From NCBI GenBank assembly GCA_046296035.1, contig JBKBLZ010000001.1, positions 105,336 to 169,335 on the forward strand: a DNA stretch of 64,000 nt, given 5' to 3'. The stretch's first letter is position 1; each line of letters begins with the position of its first letter. The notes beneath the pieces are model-generated. The model worked only from the letters and a program-made list of their open reading frames with translations, ran no database searches and was not told where the DNA came from. A program made the translations under genes and the position numbers. The stretch comes from Erythrobacter sp. GTDB taxonomy: Bacteria > Pseudomonadota > Alphaproteobacteria > Sphingomonadales > Sphingomonadaceae. Shown here one piece after another: positions 20,722-30,899 of the stretch.

Positions 20722-21705
20722 ATGGCCAGTGCTGCGATTCCCCGTCCCGCCAATGTTTCTTCCCATCCTGAGCAGCAATATCTCGATCTGATGCGGCAGA
20801 TTTGGGAGACAGGGAGCGAGCGAATCGATCGCACCGGCATAGGCACGCGCTCGGTTTGCGGGGCGATGTTGCGTTTCGATCTGGCGGACGGTGCCATGCC
20901 GCTGCTCACCACCAAGCGGGTCTACTGGAAAACCGCGAGCCGCGAATTGCTGTGGTTCCTGACCGGCTCCACCAACATCCGTCCGCTGGTGTTGCAGGGC
21001 GTGAAGATCTGGAACGAGTGGCCGCACGCCAACTATGTCCGCGAAACCGGCGAGAACATCAGCCTTGATGATTTCGTCACGCGAATCGCGGCGGATGAAG
21101 CTTTCGCCAATCGCTGGGGCGATCTCGGGCCGGTCTATGGCAAACAATGGGTGGACTGGCCGACCTACCGCTACCGGCCCGATGGGCTGTATGAAAAGGG
21201 CGAGGGCATCAATCAGATCGCGCAGGTGATCGAGAGCTTGCGCACCTCGCCCGGCAACCGCCGCCACATCATCGAAGGCTGGAACGTCGCCGAACTTGAT
21301 CGCATGGCGTTGCCCCCGTGTCACAAGACCTACCAGTTCCATGTCGCGGGGGAGGGTGGCGCCAATAAAGATGGAGGCGCGCGCCTCAACTGCCTGCTCT
21401 ATCAGCGCAGCTGCGACGTGGCGCTGGGCCTGCCGTTCAACCTGTGGTCGGCGGCGCTGCTCACCCGCATGATCGCGCAGCAGGTGGGGATGCTGCCCGG
21501 CGAGCTGGTGTGGATGGGCGGGGACGTGCACCTCTATCTCAATCACGCCCATCTGATTGCCGAACAGCTCTCCCGCCAGCCGCAAGGCAGGCCACGACTC
21601 GAAATTACCCGCCATCCCGAAACAATATTCGACTACCGTCTCGAGGATTTCGTGGTGCATGATTACACGCCGCTGCCCCCGATCAGCGCGCCTGTTGCGG
21701 TCTGA
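20722..21705 (+). CDS. thyA: Thymidylate synthase
   Basis: DRTGIGT, PLLTTKRV, ELLWFL, LGPVYGKQW, MALPPCH, YQRSCD, GLPFN, GDVHLYLNH. Confidence 0.97.
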   Translation: MASAAIPRPANVSSHPEQQYLDLMRQIWETGSERIDRTGIGTRSVCGAMLRFDLADGAMPLLTTKRVYWKTASRELLWFLTGSTNIRPLVLQGVKIWNEWPHANYVRETGENISLDDFVTRIAADEAFANRWGDLGPVYGKQWVDWPTYRYRPDGLYEKGEGINQIAQVIESLRTSPGNRRHIIEGWNVAELDRMALPPCHKTYQFHVAGEGGANKDGGARLNCLLYQRSCDVALGLPFNLWSAALLTRMIAQQVGMLPGELVWMGGDVHLYLNHAHLIAEQLSRQPQGRPRLEITRHPETIFDYRLEDFVVHDYTPLPPISAPVAV

Positions 21706-21818
21706 GCCTTGCGGGTGCACCGCGCTTGACCACTTTCGGGCGCTGAAATAAAAATACACTTCCAAGCAATGATTGCACCCGCGTCGCGCGCGGTGCCAGC
21801 AAGGGGGAGAGCGCCGCG

Positions 21819-23114
21819 ATGGCCGATAATGCGATACCGGCGGACGCCAACCGCCCGGCGCTCGCGTTGCATGTGCCCGAGCCGAAATACCGGCCGGGCG
21901 ACAAGGTCGATTTCTCGCATATCGACATCGGCACCGCCGGCGCGCAGCCGCGCCCAGACGAAAGCACTCACCCCTCGCAGATGCACGATCTGGCCTTCAG
22001 CCTGGTGCGGGTGCTGGGAGATGACAATCAGGCCCATGGCCCCTGGAACCCGCGCCTTGCGCCCGACACGCTGCGCACCATGCTTCGCCACATGGCCATG
22101 GTGCGCGCCTTTGATGAACGCATGTTCCGCGGCCAGCGGCAGGGCAAGACCAGCTTCTACATGAAGTGCACCGGCGAGGAGGCGACCTCGATCGCGCCAG
22201 CCATGGCGCTCGCCAGCGACGACATGGTGTTCCCGAGCTACCGCCAGCAGGGCATCCTGATCGCGCGCGGCTATCCGCTGATCGAGATGATCAACCAGAT
22301 CTACTCGAACAAGGCCGACAAGCTGAAGGGCCGTCAGCTGCCGATCATGTATTCGAGCCGTGCGCACAGCTTCTTCTCGATCTCCGGCAACCTTGCCACC
22401 CAATGCCCGCAAGCGGTGGGCTGGGCGATGGCCAGCGCTATGCGCGGTGACAGCCGGATCGCGGCGAGCTGGGTGGGCGAAGGCTCGACCTCCGAGGGCG
22501 ACTTTCATTCGGCCTGCACGTTTGCTGCGGTGTATAATGCCCCGGTTATCCTCAATGTTATCAACAACCAGTGGGCAATCAGCAGCTTCAGCGGTTTCGC
22601 CGGGGCCGAACGCACCACCTTTGCCGCGCGCGGGTTGGGCTATGGCATCGCGGCGCTCAGGGTCGATGGCAATGACGCACTCGCCTGCTACGCCGCCGCC
22701 GAATGGGCCGCCAACCGCGCGCGCGCCAACCACGGCCCGACGCTGATCGAATATTTCACCTACCGCGCCGAGGGCCATTCGACCTCGGATGACCCTTCGG
22801 GCTACCGCTCGGCGCGCGAGCGCGAGGAATGGCCGCTGGGCGATCCGGTAATGCGGCTCAAGAACCACCTCATCGCAATCGGCGAATGGGACGACGAACG
22901 CCAGGCCGCGATGGATCTCGAATGTGCCGAAACCGTCAAGGCGACCACCAAGGAGGCCGAGAAGAACGGCATCCTCGGCCACGGCCTGCACCATCCGTTT
23001 CATACCATGTTCGAGGATGTCTACGAAGAGCTGCCCTGGCACCTTGAAGAACAGGCCGCACAGGCGATCCGCGAGAGGCTCGCCAAGTTCGGCAGCGAAA
23101 GGCCCTTCGGATGA
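21819..23114 (+). CDS. bkdA1: 2-oxoisovalerate dehydrogenase E1 alpha subunit
   Basis: RQGKTSFYM, GRQLPIMYS, TPP motif GEGSTSEGDF...NNQWAIS, HSTSDDPSGYR. Confidence 0.93.
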   Translation: MADNAIPADANRPALALHVPEPKYRPGDKVDFSHIDIGTAGAQPRPDESTHPSQMHDLAFSLVRVLGDDNQAHGPWNPRLAPDTLRTMLRHMAMVRAFDERMFRGQRQGKTSFYMKCTGEEATSIAPAMALASDDMVFPSYRQQGILIARGYPLIEMINQIYSNKADKLKGRQLPIMYSSRAHSFFSISGNLATQCPQAVGWAMASAMRGDSRIAASWVGEGSTSEGDFHSACTFAAVYNAPVILNVINNQWAISSFSGFAGAERTTFAARGLGYGIAALRVDGNDALACYAAAEWAANRARANHGPTLIEYFTYRAEGHSTSDDPSGYRSAREREEWPLGDPVMRLKNHLIAIGEWDDERQAAMDLECAETVKATTKEAEKNGILGHGLHHPFHTMFEDVYEELPWHLEEQAAQAIRERLAKFGSERPFG

Positions 23115-24145
23115 GCGAGGAGATCGTGACCGAACGCCGCCTCAACATGATCGAGGCGATCAACGAGGCGCTCGACATCATGCTCGAACGCGATCCCGAC
23201 GTCATCATTATGGGCGAGGATGTCGGCTATTTCGGCGGGGTGTTCCGCGCCACCGCCGGGCTTCAGGCCAAGCACGGCAAGACCCGGGTGTTCGATACGC
23301 CGATTTCCGAATGCGGGATCATCGGCGTGGCGGTGGGAATGGGGGCCTATGGCCTGCGCCCCGTGCCCGAAATCCAGTTTGCCGATTACATCTACCCCGG
23401 CCTTGACCAGCTGATCAGCGAGGCGGCGCGCCTGCGCTACCGTTCGGCGGGCGACTATATCGCGCCATTGACCGTACGCTCGCCCTTCGGAGGGGGAATT
23501 TTCGGCGGGCAGACCCACAGCCAAAGCCCCGAGGCGCTGTTCACGCACGTGGCGGGCCTCAAGACGGTGATCCCGGCCACGCCGCACGATGCCAAGGGGC
23601 TGCTGATTGCGGCGATCGAGGATAATGATCCGGTGATCTTCTTTGAGCCCAAGCGCATCTACAACGGACCGTTTTCCGGCTATTACGACAAGCCGGTGGA
23701 ACCTTGGAAAAACCACCCCGATTCCGTGGTGCCTGAAGGCTACTACAAGGTGCCCTTGGGCAAGGCGCGCACCGTGCGCGAGGGCGAACAGTTCACCGTG
23801 CTCGCCTATGGCACCATGGTGCACGTCGCCGAAGCGGTGTGCGCGGCCAAGGGAGTGGATGCCGAAATCCTCGATCTTCGCACGCTCGTGCCGCTCGACA
23901 TCAAGGCAATCGAAGCCTCGGTGGCAAAGACCGGGCGTTGCCTGATCGTCCACGAGGCAACCCGCACCAGCGGTTTCGGCGCGGAGCTTTCCGCGCTCGT
24001 CACCGAACGCTGCTTCTACCATCTCGAAGCCCCGGTTGAACGTGTTACCGGCTTCGACACGCCTTATCCACACAGCCTCGAATGGGCCTATTTCCCCGGC
24101 CCGGTCCGCATTGGCGAGGCGATCGACAAGCTTCTCAAGGACTGA
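23111..24145 (+). CDS. bkdA2: 2-oxoisovalerate dehydrogenase E1 beta subunit
   Basis: GEDVGYFGGVFRAT, DTPISE, EIQFADY, GGQTHSQSPE; ATGA overlap with E1 alpha. Confidence 0.93.
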   Translation: MSEEIVTERRLNMIEAINEALDIMLERDPDVIIMGEDVGYFGGVFRATAGLQAKHGKTRVFDTPISECGIIGVAVGMGAYGLRPVPEIQFADYIYPGLDQLISEAARLRYRSAGDYIAPLTVRSPFGGGIFGGQTHSQSPEALFTHVAGLKTVIPATPHDAKGLLIAAIEDNDPVIFFEPKRIYNGPFSGYYDKPVEPWKNHPDSVVPEGYYKVPLGKARTVREGEQFTVLAYGTMVHVAEAVCAAKGVDAEILDLRTLVPLDIKAIEASVAKTGRCLIVHEATRTSGFGAELSALVTERCFYHLEAPVERVTGFDTPYPHSLEWAYFPGPVRIGEAIDKLLKD

Positions 24146-24151
24146 CCGCAA

Positions 24152-25423
24152 ATGGCGAAGTTCACTTTCAACATGCCCGATGTGGGCGAGGGCGTGGCCG
24201 AGGCGGAAATCGTCGAATGGCACGTCAAGGTCGGCGACCGCGTGGAGGAGGATCAGCACCTCGTCGATGTGATGACCGACAAGGCGACGATCGACATCGA
24301 AAGCCCGGTTGCCGGCGTGGTGACGGCGCTGGCGGGCGCGGTGGGTGACACCATCGCCATCGGTGCGATGCTGCTGGTGGTCGAGACCGAGAGCGAGGTG
24401 TCCGAGAAGGAAGAAGATGCCGCTGCCGCACAGATCGAGGACGACATGTCCGATGCCAGTGAGGCTGACGAAGCGCCCGTCCCCGAACCGGTCGCGGCAA
24501 GCGCAGCGGTCGAACCCGTGCCGGCAGCGCCTGCTCCGGTCAGCACCGCGCGCAAGGTTCTCGCCTCGCCCGCCGTGCGTCAGCGCGCCCGCGATCTCGG
24601 GATCGATCTGGCCGAGGTCAGGCCTGCCGAGGATGGCCGCATCCGACACGGCGATCTTGATGCCTTTCTCGCCTACAGCGCCGCCAGCGGCTTTGCAGCT
24701 GCCGGCAAGGCGCGGACTGATGAGACCATCAAGGTCATCGGCCTGAGGAAGCGCATCGCCCAGAACATGGCCGCGGCCAAGCGCCACATCCCGCATTTTA
24801 CCTATGTCGAGGAATGCGATGTCACCGATCTGGAAGCCCTGCGCGCCCAGCTCAACGCCGCGCGTGGCGACCGGCCCAAGCTGACGATGCTGCCCTTGCT
24901 GATCACTGCGATCTGCAAGGTGATCCCGCAATTCCCGATGATCAACGCGCGCTTCGATGATGAGGCGGGCGTGGTGACGCGCTATGGCTCTGTGCACCTC
25001 GGTATCGCGGCGCAGACCGCTAACGGGCTGATGGTGCCGGTGATTCGCGACGCGCAGAGCCGCAACCTGTGGCAGCTCGCGCGCGAGATCGGGCGGCTCG
25101 CCGAAGCGGCGCGCGCCGGCAAGGCGAGTTCGGAGGAGCTTTCCGGCTCGACGCTGACGGTTACCTCGCTCGGTCCGCTTGGCGGGGTGGCCACAACGCC
25201 GGTCATCAATCGGCCCGAGGTAGCGATCATTGGCCCCAACCGTATCGTCGAACGCCCGATGTTCGTGCCCGATGGGCTGGGCGGCGAGCGGATCGCCAAG
25301 CGCAAGCTGATGAACATCTCGATTTCCTGCGATCACCGCGTGGTCGATGGGCACGATGCGGCAAGCTTTGTGCAGGGGGTCAAGCGCCTGATCGAGACAC
25401 CTGCGCTGCTGCTGGTCGATTAG
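24152..25423 (+). CDS. bkdB: Dihydrolipoamide acyltransferase (E2)
   Basis: Lipoyl domain MTDKAT, E3-binding ASPAVRQRA, catalytic DHRVVDG. Confidence 0.93.
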   Translation: MAKFTFNMPDVGEGVAEAEIVEWHVKVGDRVEEDQHLVDVMTDKATIDIESPVAGVVTALAGAVGDTIAIGAMLLVVETESEVSEKEEDAAAAQIEDDMSDASEADEAPVPEPVAASAAVEPVPAAPAPVSTARKVLASPAVRQRARDLGIDLAEVRPAEDGRIRHGDLDAFLAYSAASGFAAAGKARTDETIKVIGLRKRIAQNMAAAKRHIPHFTYVEECDVTDLEALRAQLNAARGDRPKLTMLPLLITAICKVIPQFPMINARFDDEAGVVTRYGSVHLGIAAQTANGLMVPVIRDAQSRNLWQLAREIGRLAEAARAGKASSEELSGSTLTVTSLGPLGGVATTPVINRPEVAIIGPNRIVERPMFVPDGLGGERIAKRKLMNISISCDHRVVDGHDAASFVQGVKRLIETPALLLVD

Positions 25424-25538
25424 GAAAAATATTGGCCTGAGCGGCCCAGAGGGGCGTTGACAGCCTGCACCCGCCGCCTTAATGGCGCTGCTCCACGAGC
25501 GGGACGGCATTGCTGCAACGCTCGATAGGACAAGATGC

Positions 25539-25615
25539 GCGGGTGTAGCTCAGTCGGTTAGAGCGTCGGCCTGTCACGCCGAAGGTCGCGGGTTCGAGCC
25601 CCGTCACTCGCGCCA
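25539..25615 (+). tRNA. tRNA-Asp(GTC)
   Basis: GCGGGTGTAGCTCAGTCGGTTAGAGCGTCGGCCTGTCACGCCGA...GGTTCGAGCCCCGTCACTCGCGCCA. Confidence 0.97.
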
Positions 25616-25650
25616 CTTGTTCCAGAGCAAAGCCCTCAAGGGCATGGCAC

Positions 25651-25677
25651 GGCGGGCTTCGGTCCGCCTTTTCTTTT
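25651..25677 (+). terminator. Rho-independent terminator after tRNA-Asp
   Basis: GGCGGGC-TTCG-GTCCGCC followed by TTTTCTTTT. Confidence 0.85.
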
Positions 25678-25701
25678 GCCCGGGCATAACGATGGCCGCT
25701 G

Positions 25702-25926
25702 CTATTCGGGAGGGCTCCAGCGTCCGGTCTCCATCCAGATCAGAAAGCGCTTCAGCGGCAGCAGCCAGACAAGACCGAGCCCCCCATAGACGGCTGTCTG
25801 CGCCAGCCCCGGCCAATTCCCGATCAGCGCAGGCGCATAGCGCGCGATCACCACGCCATAAACCATCAGGCCGGCCAACAGGCCGAGAATGCCGACAGGG
25901 ATTCGCCAGGTGGGGGTTTCGCGCAT
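25702..25926 (-). CDS. DUF2842-like small membrane protein
   Basis: MRETPTWRIPVGILGLL...GLVWLLPLKRFLIWMETGRW; two TMs; coupled to the upstream cyclo-ligase (TGATG). Confidence 0.8.
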   Translation of the reverse strand: MRETPTWRIPVGILGLLAGLMVYGVVIARYAPALIGNWPGLAQTAVYGGLGLVWLLPLKRFLIWMETGRWSPPE

Positions 25927-26507
25927 CAGTTCAGGTGTCCGTAGATCCGGGTCGGCGTAATCACCGCATCGAGCGCGGCGTCGTGGGGTTCGGCGGGAAG
26001 CGCTGCGCACAGCTGCACGTCCCACGCCAGTCCAATCGCCAGGGCGGGCGGATGTTCCGCCAGCCAGCGATCATAATGCCCGCCGCCTTGCCCCAGTCGC
26101 GCGCCATCGGCGGTGAAGCCGACCAGCGGCACGAACAAGACATCGGGGATCACGGGTTCGGCCTGCGCGGTGGGCTGAAGGATGCCGAACGGGCCGGCTT
26201 CGAGGTCGCTTGTCGCGTACGGATCGGTGTGGCGGGCAAAGCTCATGGCCGCATCGGGCGCGGCAAAGCGGGGCAGGGCGAGGATGTGCCCGGCTTCGTG
26301 AAAGAACCGCGCATAGCCGGCTGCGGGTGCCTCGAACGGCCCGGCATGATAGAGGCCGATCACGGCCTCGCCGCCGATCTGCGCGAGCAACGGCGCAGGC
26401 GGGCGATGGAACAACAGGCCGCGGATCGAATCGGGCAGCGTCTCGACATGGGCCTTGCGTGCGGCGCGCAGGGTGCGGCGGAGCAGGTCTTTGGACAGGC
26501 CGTTCAT
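25926..26507 (-). CDS. ygfA: 5-formyltetrahydrofolate cyclo-ligase
   Basis: PDVLFVPLVGF, RLGQGGGHYDR, EPHD, VITP; located downstream of 6S RNA. Confidence 0.93.
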   Translation of the reverse strand: MNGLSKDLLRRTLRAARKAHVETLPDSIRGLLFHRPPAPLLAQIGGEAVIGLYHAGPFEAPAAGYARFFHEAGHILALPRFAAPDAAMSFARHTDPYATSDLEAGPFGILQPTAQAEPVIPDVLFVPLVGFTADGARLGQGGGHYDRWLAEHPPALAIGLAWDVQLCAALPAEPHDAALDAVITPTRIYGHLN

Positions 26508-26539
26508 TGCAACCTCAGCGGTAGGCTACGGCCCGCAGG

Positions 26540-26620
26540 GCCGCAAGGCCGACTGGCCGCCCGCTGCGACCCGCCCGAAGCGCGTGCGAGCGAAGATGGC
26601 GCAGCCTCGATGGGCTGCGG
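26540..26620. repeat. Repeat family A, copy 2
   Basis: GCCGCAAGGCCGACTGGCCGCCCGCTGCG matches 3508-3536; terminal hairpin GCAGCC-TCGATG-GGCTGC. Confidence 0.75.
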
Positions 26621-26632
26621 AAAACAAAGAAT

Positions 26633-26658
26633 GCCCTCAAGCAGCGAAGCGGTAGGGC
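26633..26658. repeat. Repeat family B, single copy
   Basis: GCCCTCAAGCAGCGAAGCGGTAGGGC identical to 40506-40531. Confidence 0.9.
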
Positions 26659-26668
26659 AACAAGCAAG

Positions 26669-26848
26669 CGTGGCGGAACCACCATGGGTCGGTTGCGCTA
26701 GAAATCCTCTGACGCGTGGTACGTCAGGTGGGCGCCGTATGCCCAGGCCTTCCGGACGAACCGGCAGACAAGGGCAGAGACAACTCCCATTTGGATTACT
26801 TATAGCCTCAGGGATATTCAATCGGCTCGTGCCGGGCAGTCCCGCCGC
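26669..26848 (-). ncRNA. ssrS: 6S RNA (boundaries approximate)
   Basis: Non-coding interval in the conserved zapA-ssrS-ygfA context; complementary ends (GGCGGGACTGCC / GGTGGTTCCGCC) and internal ATCCCTGAGGC and GGCGCCCACC blocks resembling alphaproteobacterial 6S. Confidence 0.85.
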
Positions 26849-26855
26849 TTTCTAT

Positions 26856-27305
26856 CTAGGCACTCGCACCTGCCGCTTCAAGCGCCGCCGCGCCCGCTTC
26901 GGCACGGGCGGCGAGCGCTTCGAGCCGCTCGGCGAGCAGCGCCAGAGCATCCGTTCCGCCGAACAGGTCGCCCTGGGGGACAGGCGCAGGCGTCCGAGCC
27001 TTGCGCGCCTCGGCCAGTTCGGCTTCGAGCCGGACGATTTCGGCCTTGAGCGCTGCGGTCTGGGCCCCGGTATCGGCGGGGGCGGGCTTGCCCTGCTCCT
27101 TGCCCTTGCGCGCTTCGGCCAATTCGTCGGCAAGGAACAGCGCGGCGAACAGCAAGTTCTGCGCTTCCAGCGGTCCGCGTGCCGAGCCGAGCCGTGCGTA
27201 TTTCTCCGCGATCATTGCGCCCAGCGCTTCGATATGGGCTTCTTCGCCGTCACCACAGGCGACGGGATAGGATTTCGGCCCGATGGTCAGCGTCACGGTG
27301 CTCAT
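26856..27305 (-). CDS. zapA: Cell division protein ZapA
   Basis: VTLTIGPKSYPVACGDGEEAHI, LLFAALFLADEL. Confidence 0.9.
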   Translation of the reverse strand: MSTVTLTIGPKSYPVACGDGEEAHIEALGAMIAEKYARLGSARGPLEAQNLLFAALFLADELAEARKGKEQGKPAPADTGAQTAALKAEIVRLEAELAEARKARTPAPVPQGDLFGGTDALALLAERLEALAARAEAGAAALEAAGASA

Positions 27306-27310
27306 GAAGC

Positions 27311-27526
27311 CTATTCTTCCAGTTTGCCGATCAGATCGTCGAGTTCGCGAAGGGTTTCCGAAACTTGCTCGCGCAGCTTCTCATGCGCATTGACCAGTTC
27401 GACCACCCGCGCCGAACCGGCAGAAGGCTGCGCGGCCGCCGCCAGTGCAGGTTCGCGTGCCGCATCGATCCGCGCCATCGCGGCTTCGATACGCTCCAGT
27501 GCGCGCTCGATGCGGTTGGTGTTCAT
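27311..27526 (-). CDS. Small coiled-coil protein upstream of zapA (DUF4164/ZauP-like)
   Basis: IERALERIEAA...LREQVSETLRELDDLI heptad pattern; position between zapA and divergent tkt. Confidence 0.75.
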   Translation of the reverse strand: MNTNRIERALERIEAAMARIDAAREPALAAAAQPSAGSARVVELVNAHEKLREQVSETLRELDDLIGKLEE

Positions 27527-27763
27527 GGAGGAGAAATACCAAGATAGCCTCGCGTGCGCAAAGCCTTGGGGCGGCCTGTTGATAAGTCATGCGCAGCACG
27601 TTTGGCTTCGGATGTGCACGCAAGGTTGACCTGTCCCGATGGCTCGGCAATGGCACAGCCGCAATCGAGGGATCGAATCGCCCGCTGGCCCTTGCGTGGC
27701 CGACGGTCAGGCGCCGGGTCGCAGCCGCAGGCACCGGGGCAGCATCAGGAGACACGCGCACCC

Positions 27764-29740
27764 ATGACGATCGAACCCGCCCGCCTGCCGCAGATGGCCA
27801 ATGCCATCCGCGCCCTTGCAATGGACGCGGTCGAGGCAGCCAATTCGGGCCACCCGGGGATGCCGATGGGCATGGCCGACGTGGCGACAGTGCTTTACAC
27901 CGGCCACCTTAAGTTCGATCCGACTGCGCCCGACTGGGCGGATCGTGACCGTTTCGTGCTGTCGGCCGGGCATGGCTCGATGCTGATCTACAGCCTGCTT
28001 TACCTGACGGGCTATGCCGCGCCGACCATCGAGGACATCCGAAATTTTCGAAAGCTTGGCAGCCCCTGCGCAGGCCATCCGGAAAACTTCCTGCTCGACG
28101 CAGTGGAATGCACCACCGGCCCGCTTGGTCAGGGCCTTGCGATGGCGGTGGGCATGGCGATGGCCGAGCGGCATCTCAACGCCGTGTTCGGCGATGATCT
28201 GGTCGATCACCGCACCTGGGTGATCGCCGGCGATGGGTGCCTGATGGAAGGCATCAACCACGAAGCGATCGGGCTGGCGGGCCACCTCGGTCTGGGCAAG
28301 CTCAACGTGCTGTGGGATGATAACCGCATCACCATCGACGGCGCGACCGAGCTGTCGACCTCGGAAGACATCAAGGCCCGCTATGCTGCGACCGGCTGGC
28401 ACGTCACCGAATGTGACGGGCACGACTTTGCCGACATCGAGCGGGCGCTTGATGAGGCCAAGGCCGATCCGCGTCCCTCGCTGGTCGCCTGCCGCACGCT
28501 GATCGGCAAGGGCGCGCCCAGCAAGCAGGGCACCAGCGGCGTCCACGGCGCGGCGCTGGGCGCGGCGGAAGTGGCCGCGGCGCGTACCGAGCTGGGCTGG
28601 ACCGCTGAGCCTTTCGTGATCCCTTCGGACATTCTCGCCGACTGGCGCCGGGCAGGCGAGCCGGGCCGCGCGGCGCATGGCGCCTGGGGCGGGCGGCTTG
28701 AAGCCAGCCCGCACAAGGCCGAATTTTCGCGGCGGCTGGCAGGTGAATTGCCCGATGGCTTCAGCCTCGAGGCCCACATCGCCGGGCTGATCGCCGCGCC
28801 GCAGCAGATCGCCACCCGCAAGGCGAGCGAAATCGCGCTCGCGGCGATCAACCCGCTGCTGCCTGACACCATCGGCGGCAGCGCCGATCTGACCGGCTCG
28901 AACAACACGTTGGCGGGCGGGATCGGCACCTTTTCGAAGAACGATTACGCGGGCCGCTATGTCTATTACGGCATCCGCGAATTCGGCATGGCGGCGGCAA
29001 TGAACGGCATGGCGCTGCACGGGGGCGTGATCCCCTATGGCGGCACCTTCCTTGTCTTTACCGACTACGCGCGGGGCGCGATCCGGCTTTCTGCGCTCCA
29101 GCATTGCCGCGTGGTCTATGTGATGACGCATGATTCGATCGGGCTGGGCGAGGACGGGCCGACCCATCAGCCGGTCGAGCATCTCGCTTCGTTGCGGGCT
29201 ATGCCGAACCTGCTGGTGATGCGGCCCGCCGATGCGGTCGAAACGGCGGAGTGCTGGGACATTGCGCTGCGCCAGAAGGATCGCCCCACCGTGCTGGCGC
29301 TCACTCGCCAGAACCTGCCGCAGCTGCGACTTGAAGCGGACGAGAACCTCTCGGCCAAGGGCGGCTACCGCCTCAAGGCTGCCGAAGCGGCGCGCAAGGT
29401 CGTGCTGCTCGCCACCGGTTCGGAAGTCGAGCTGGCGCTGGCCTGCGCCGCCCGGCTCGAAGAACAGGGCATTGGCGCTGACGTGGTTTCGATGGTCTGC
29501 ACCGAATTGTTCGACGAACAGGACGCCGCCTATCGCGGCGCTATCCTCCCTGCCGATGCGCTGATTGTTTCGGTCGAGGCAGCGAGCACCTTTGGCTGGC
29601 AGCGCTACACCGGCACGGGCGGCCTCAACATCGGGATCGACAGTTTCGGGGCCTCGGCGCCGGCGGCCGATCTGTTCGCCCATTTCGGCTTCACCGCGGA
29701 CAGCATCGTTCCGCAAATCCTGAAAAAACTGAACGGATAA
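27764..29740 (+). CDS. tkt: Transketolase
   Basis: SGHPGMPMG, RDRFVLSAGHGSM, GDGCLMEG, GIREFGM, THDSIGLGEDGPTHQP. Confidence 0.98.
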   Translation: MTIEPARLPQMANAIRALAMDAVEAANSGHPGMPMGMADVATVLYTGHLKFDPTAPDWADRDRFVLSAGHGSMLIYSLLYLTGYAAPTIEDIRNFRKLGSPCAGHPENFLLDAVECTTGPLGQGLAMAVGMAMAERHLNAVFGDDLVDHRTWVIAGDGCLMEGINHEAIGLAGHLGLGKLNVLWDDNRITIDGATELSTSEDIKARYAATGWHVTECDGHDFADIERALDEAKADPRPSLVACRTLIGKGAPSKQGTSGVHGAALGAAEVAAARTELGWTAEPFVIPSDILADWRRAGEPGRAAHGAWGGRLEASPHKAEFSRRLAGELPDGFSLEAHIAGLIAAPQQIATRKASEIALAAINPLLPDTIGGSADLTGSNNTLAGGIGTFSKNDYAGRYVYYGIREFGMAAAMNGMALHGGVIPYGGTFLVFTDYARGAIRLSALQHCRVVYVMTHDSIGLGEDGPTHQPVEHLASLRAMPNLLVMRPADAVETAECWDIALRQKDRPTVLALTRQNLPQLRLEADENLSAKGGYRLKAAEAARKVVLLATGSEVELALACAARLEEQGIGADVVSMVCTELFDEQDAAYRGAILPADALIVSVEAASTFGWQRYTGTGGLNIGIDSFGASAPAADLFAHFGFTADSIVPQILKKLNG

Positions 29741-29755
29741 GCAGGAGTATTTGTC

Positions 29756-30763
29756 ATGGCTACCAAAGTTGCCATCAACGGCTTCGGCCGCATTGGCCGT
29801 CTCGTCGCCCGCGCGATCCTTGAACGCAGCGATCACGATCTCGAACTGGTTGCGATCAATGATCTGGCCGATGCCAAGTCAAACGCGCTGCTGTTCGCTC
29901 ACGATTCGGTCCACGGCCGCTTCAACGGCGCGGTGAGCGCCGATGGCGATGCGATCAACGTCAATGGCAAGCGCATTGCCGTGACTGCCGAGAAAGATCC
30001 GGGCCAGCTCCCGCACGCGGCGCTGGGCATCGATATCGTGCTTGAATGCACCGGCTTCTTTCAGTCCGACGAAGCGAGCCGCCCGCACCTTGCCGCCGGG
30101 GCCAGGCGCGTGCTGATCTCAGCGCCTGCGACCGGCGTTTCCAAGACCATTGTTTTCGGGGTGAACCATGCAACGCTGACCGGCGATGACGTGATCGTCT
30201 CCAACGCCAGCTGCACCACCAATTGCCTCGCGCCGGTTGCCAAGGTGCTCAATGACGTGATCGGCATCGATCGCGGGTTCATGACCACGATCCATTCCTA
30301 CACCAACGACCAGCGGATGCTCGACCAGATCCACAAGGATCTGCGCCGTGCGCGTGCCGGGGCGGCCAACATGATCCCGACCACCACCGGCGCGGCGCGT
30401 GCGGTGGGCCTGGTGCTGCCCGAACTCAAGGGCAAGCTTGATGGATCGTCGGTGCGCGTGCCGACCCCGAATGTCTCGATGGTCGATCTGGTGTTTGTGC
30501 CCGGCCGCGAGACCAGCGCCGAGGAAATCAACGCTGCGCTTAAGGCCGCTGCCGAAGGGCCGATGAAGGGCGTGCTCGATTACACCGACCAGCCGCTGGT
30601 TTCGAGCGATTTCAATCACTACCCGGCGTCTTCTACCATCGATTCGCTGGAAACCAGCGTGATGGAAGGCAAGCTCGCCCGCGTGGTGAGCTGGTATGAC
30701 AACGAATGGGGCTTCTCCAATCGCATGATCGACACTGCCGGGGTGATGGCGAAGTTTCTGTAA
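29756..30763 (+). CDS. gap: Glyceraldehyde-3-phosphate dehydrogenase, type I
   Basis: [29 protein letters not shown]; AGGAG RBS. Confidence 0.98.
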   Translation: MATKVAINGFGRIGRLVARAILERSDHDLELVAINDLADAKSNALLFAHDSVHGRFNGAVSADGDAINVNGKRIAVTAEKDPGQLPHAALGIDIVLECTGFFQSDEASRPHLAAGARRVLISAPATGVSKTIVFGVNHATLTGDDVIVSNASCTTNCLAPVAKVLNDVIGIDRGFMTTIHSYTNDQRMLDQIHKDLRRARAGAANMIPTTTGAARAVGLVLPELKGKLDGSSVRVPTPNVSMVDLVFVPGRETSAEEINAALKAAAEGPMKGVLDYTDQPLVSSDFNHYPASSTIDSLETSVMEGKLARVVSWYDNEWGFSNRMIDTAGVMAKFL

Positions 30764-30773
30764 CCGAACACCG

Positions 30774-30885
30774 CTCCCGCGCGCGGGAGGGGAGCGGGAC
30801 TTGCGAGACTGCTCGCTGGTCGCAGCAGGGTGGGCCTGCACCACGCTTGTGCCCACCCCAGACCCCTCCTGCGAGCGGGCGGGGC
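30774..30885. repeat. Palindromic intergenic element between gap and pgk (family C)
   Basis: CTCCCGC-GC-GCGGGAG hairpin, GGGTGGGC...GCCCACCC inverted repeat, and closing CCCCTCCTGC-GA-GCGGGCGGGG hairpin. Confidence 0.7.
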
Positions 30886-30899
30886 AAAGGAGTGGAGCA

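Noticed and set aside
21819-25423. Missing E3 (lpd) gene in the 2-oxoacid dehydrogenase operon
   Set aside because: E3 is commonly shared and encoded elsewhere; not unusual.
25632-25643. Truncated copy of repeat family B after tRNA-Asp (GCCCTCAAGGGC)
   Set aside because: Only 12 nt; chance similarity cannot be excluded.
25482-27629. 715-aa plus-strand ORF
   Set aside because: It runs through tRNA-Asp and antisense to ygfA, 6S RNA and zapA; a GC-rich shadow ORF.
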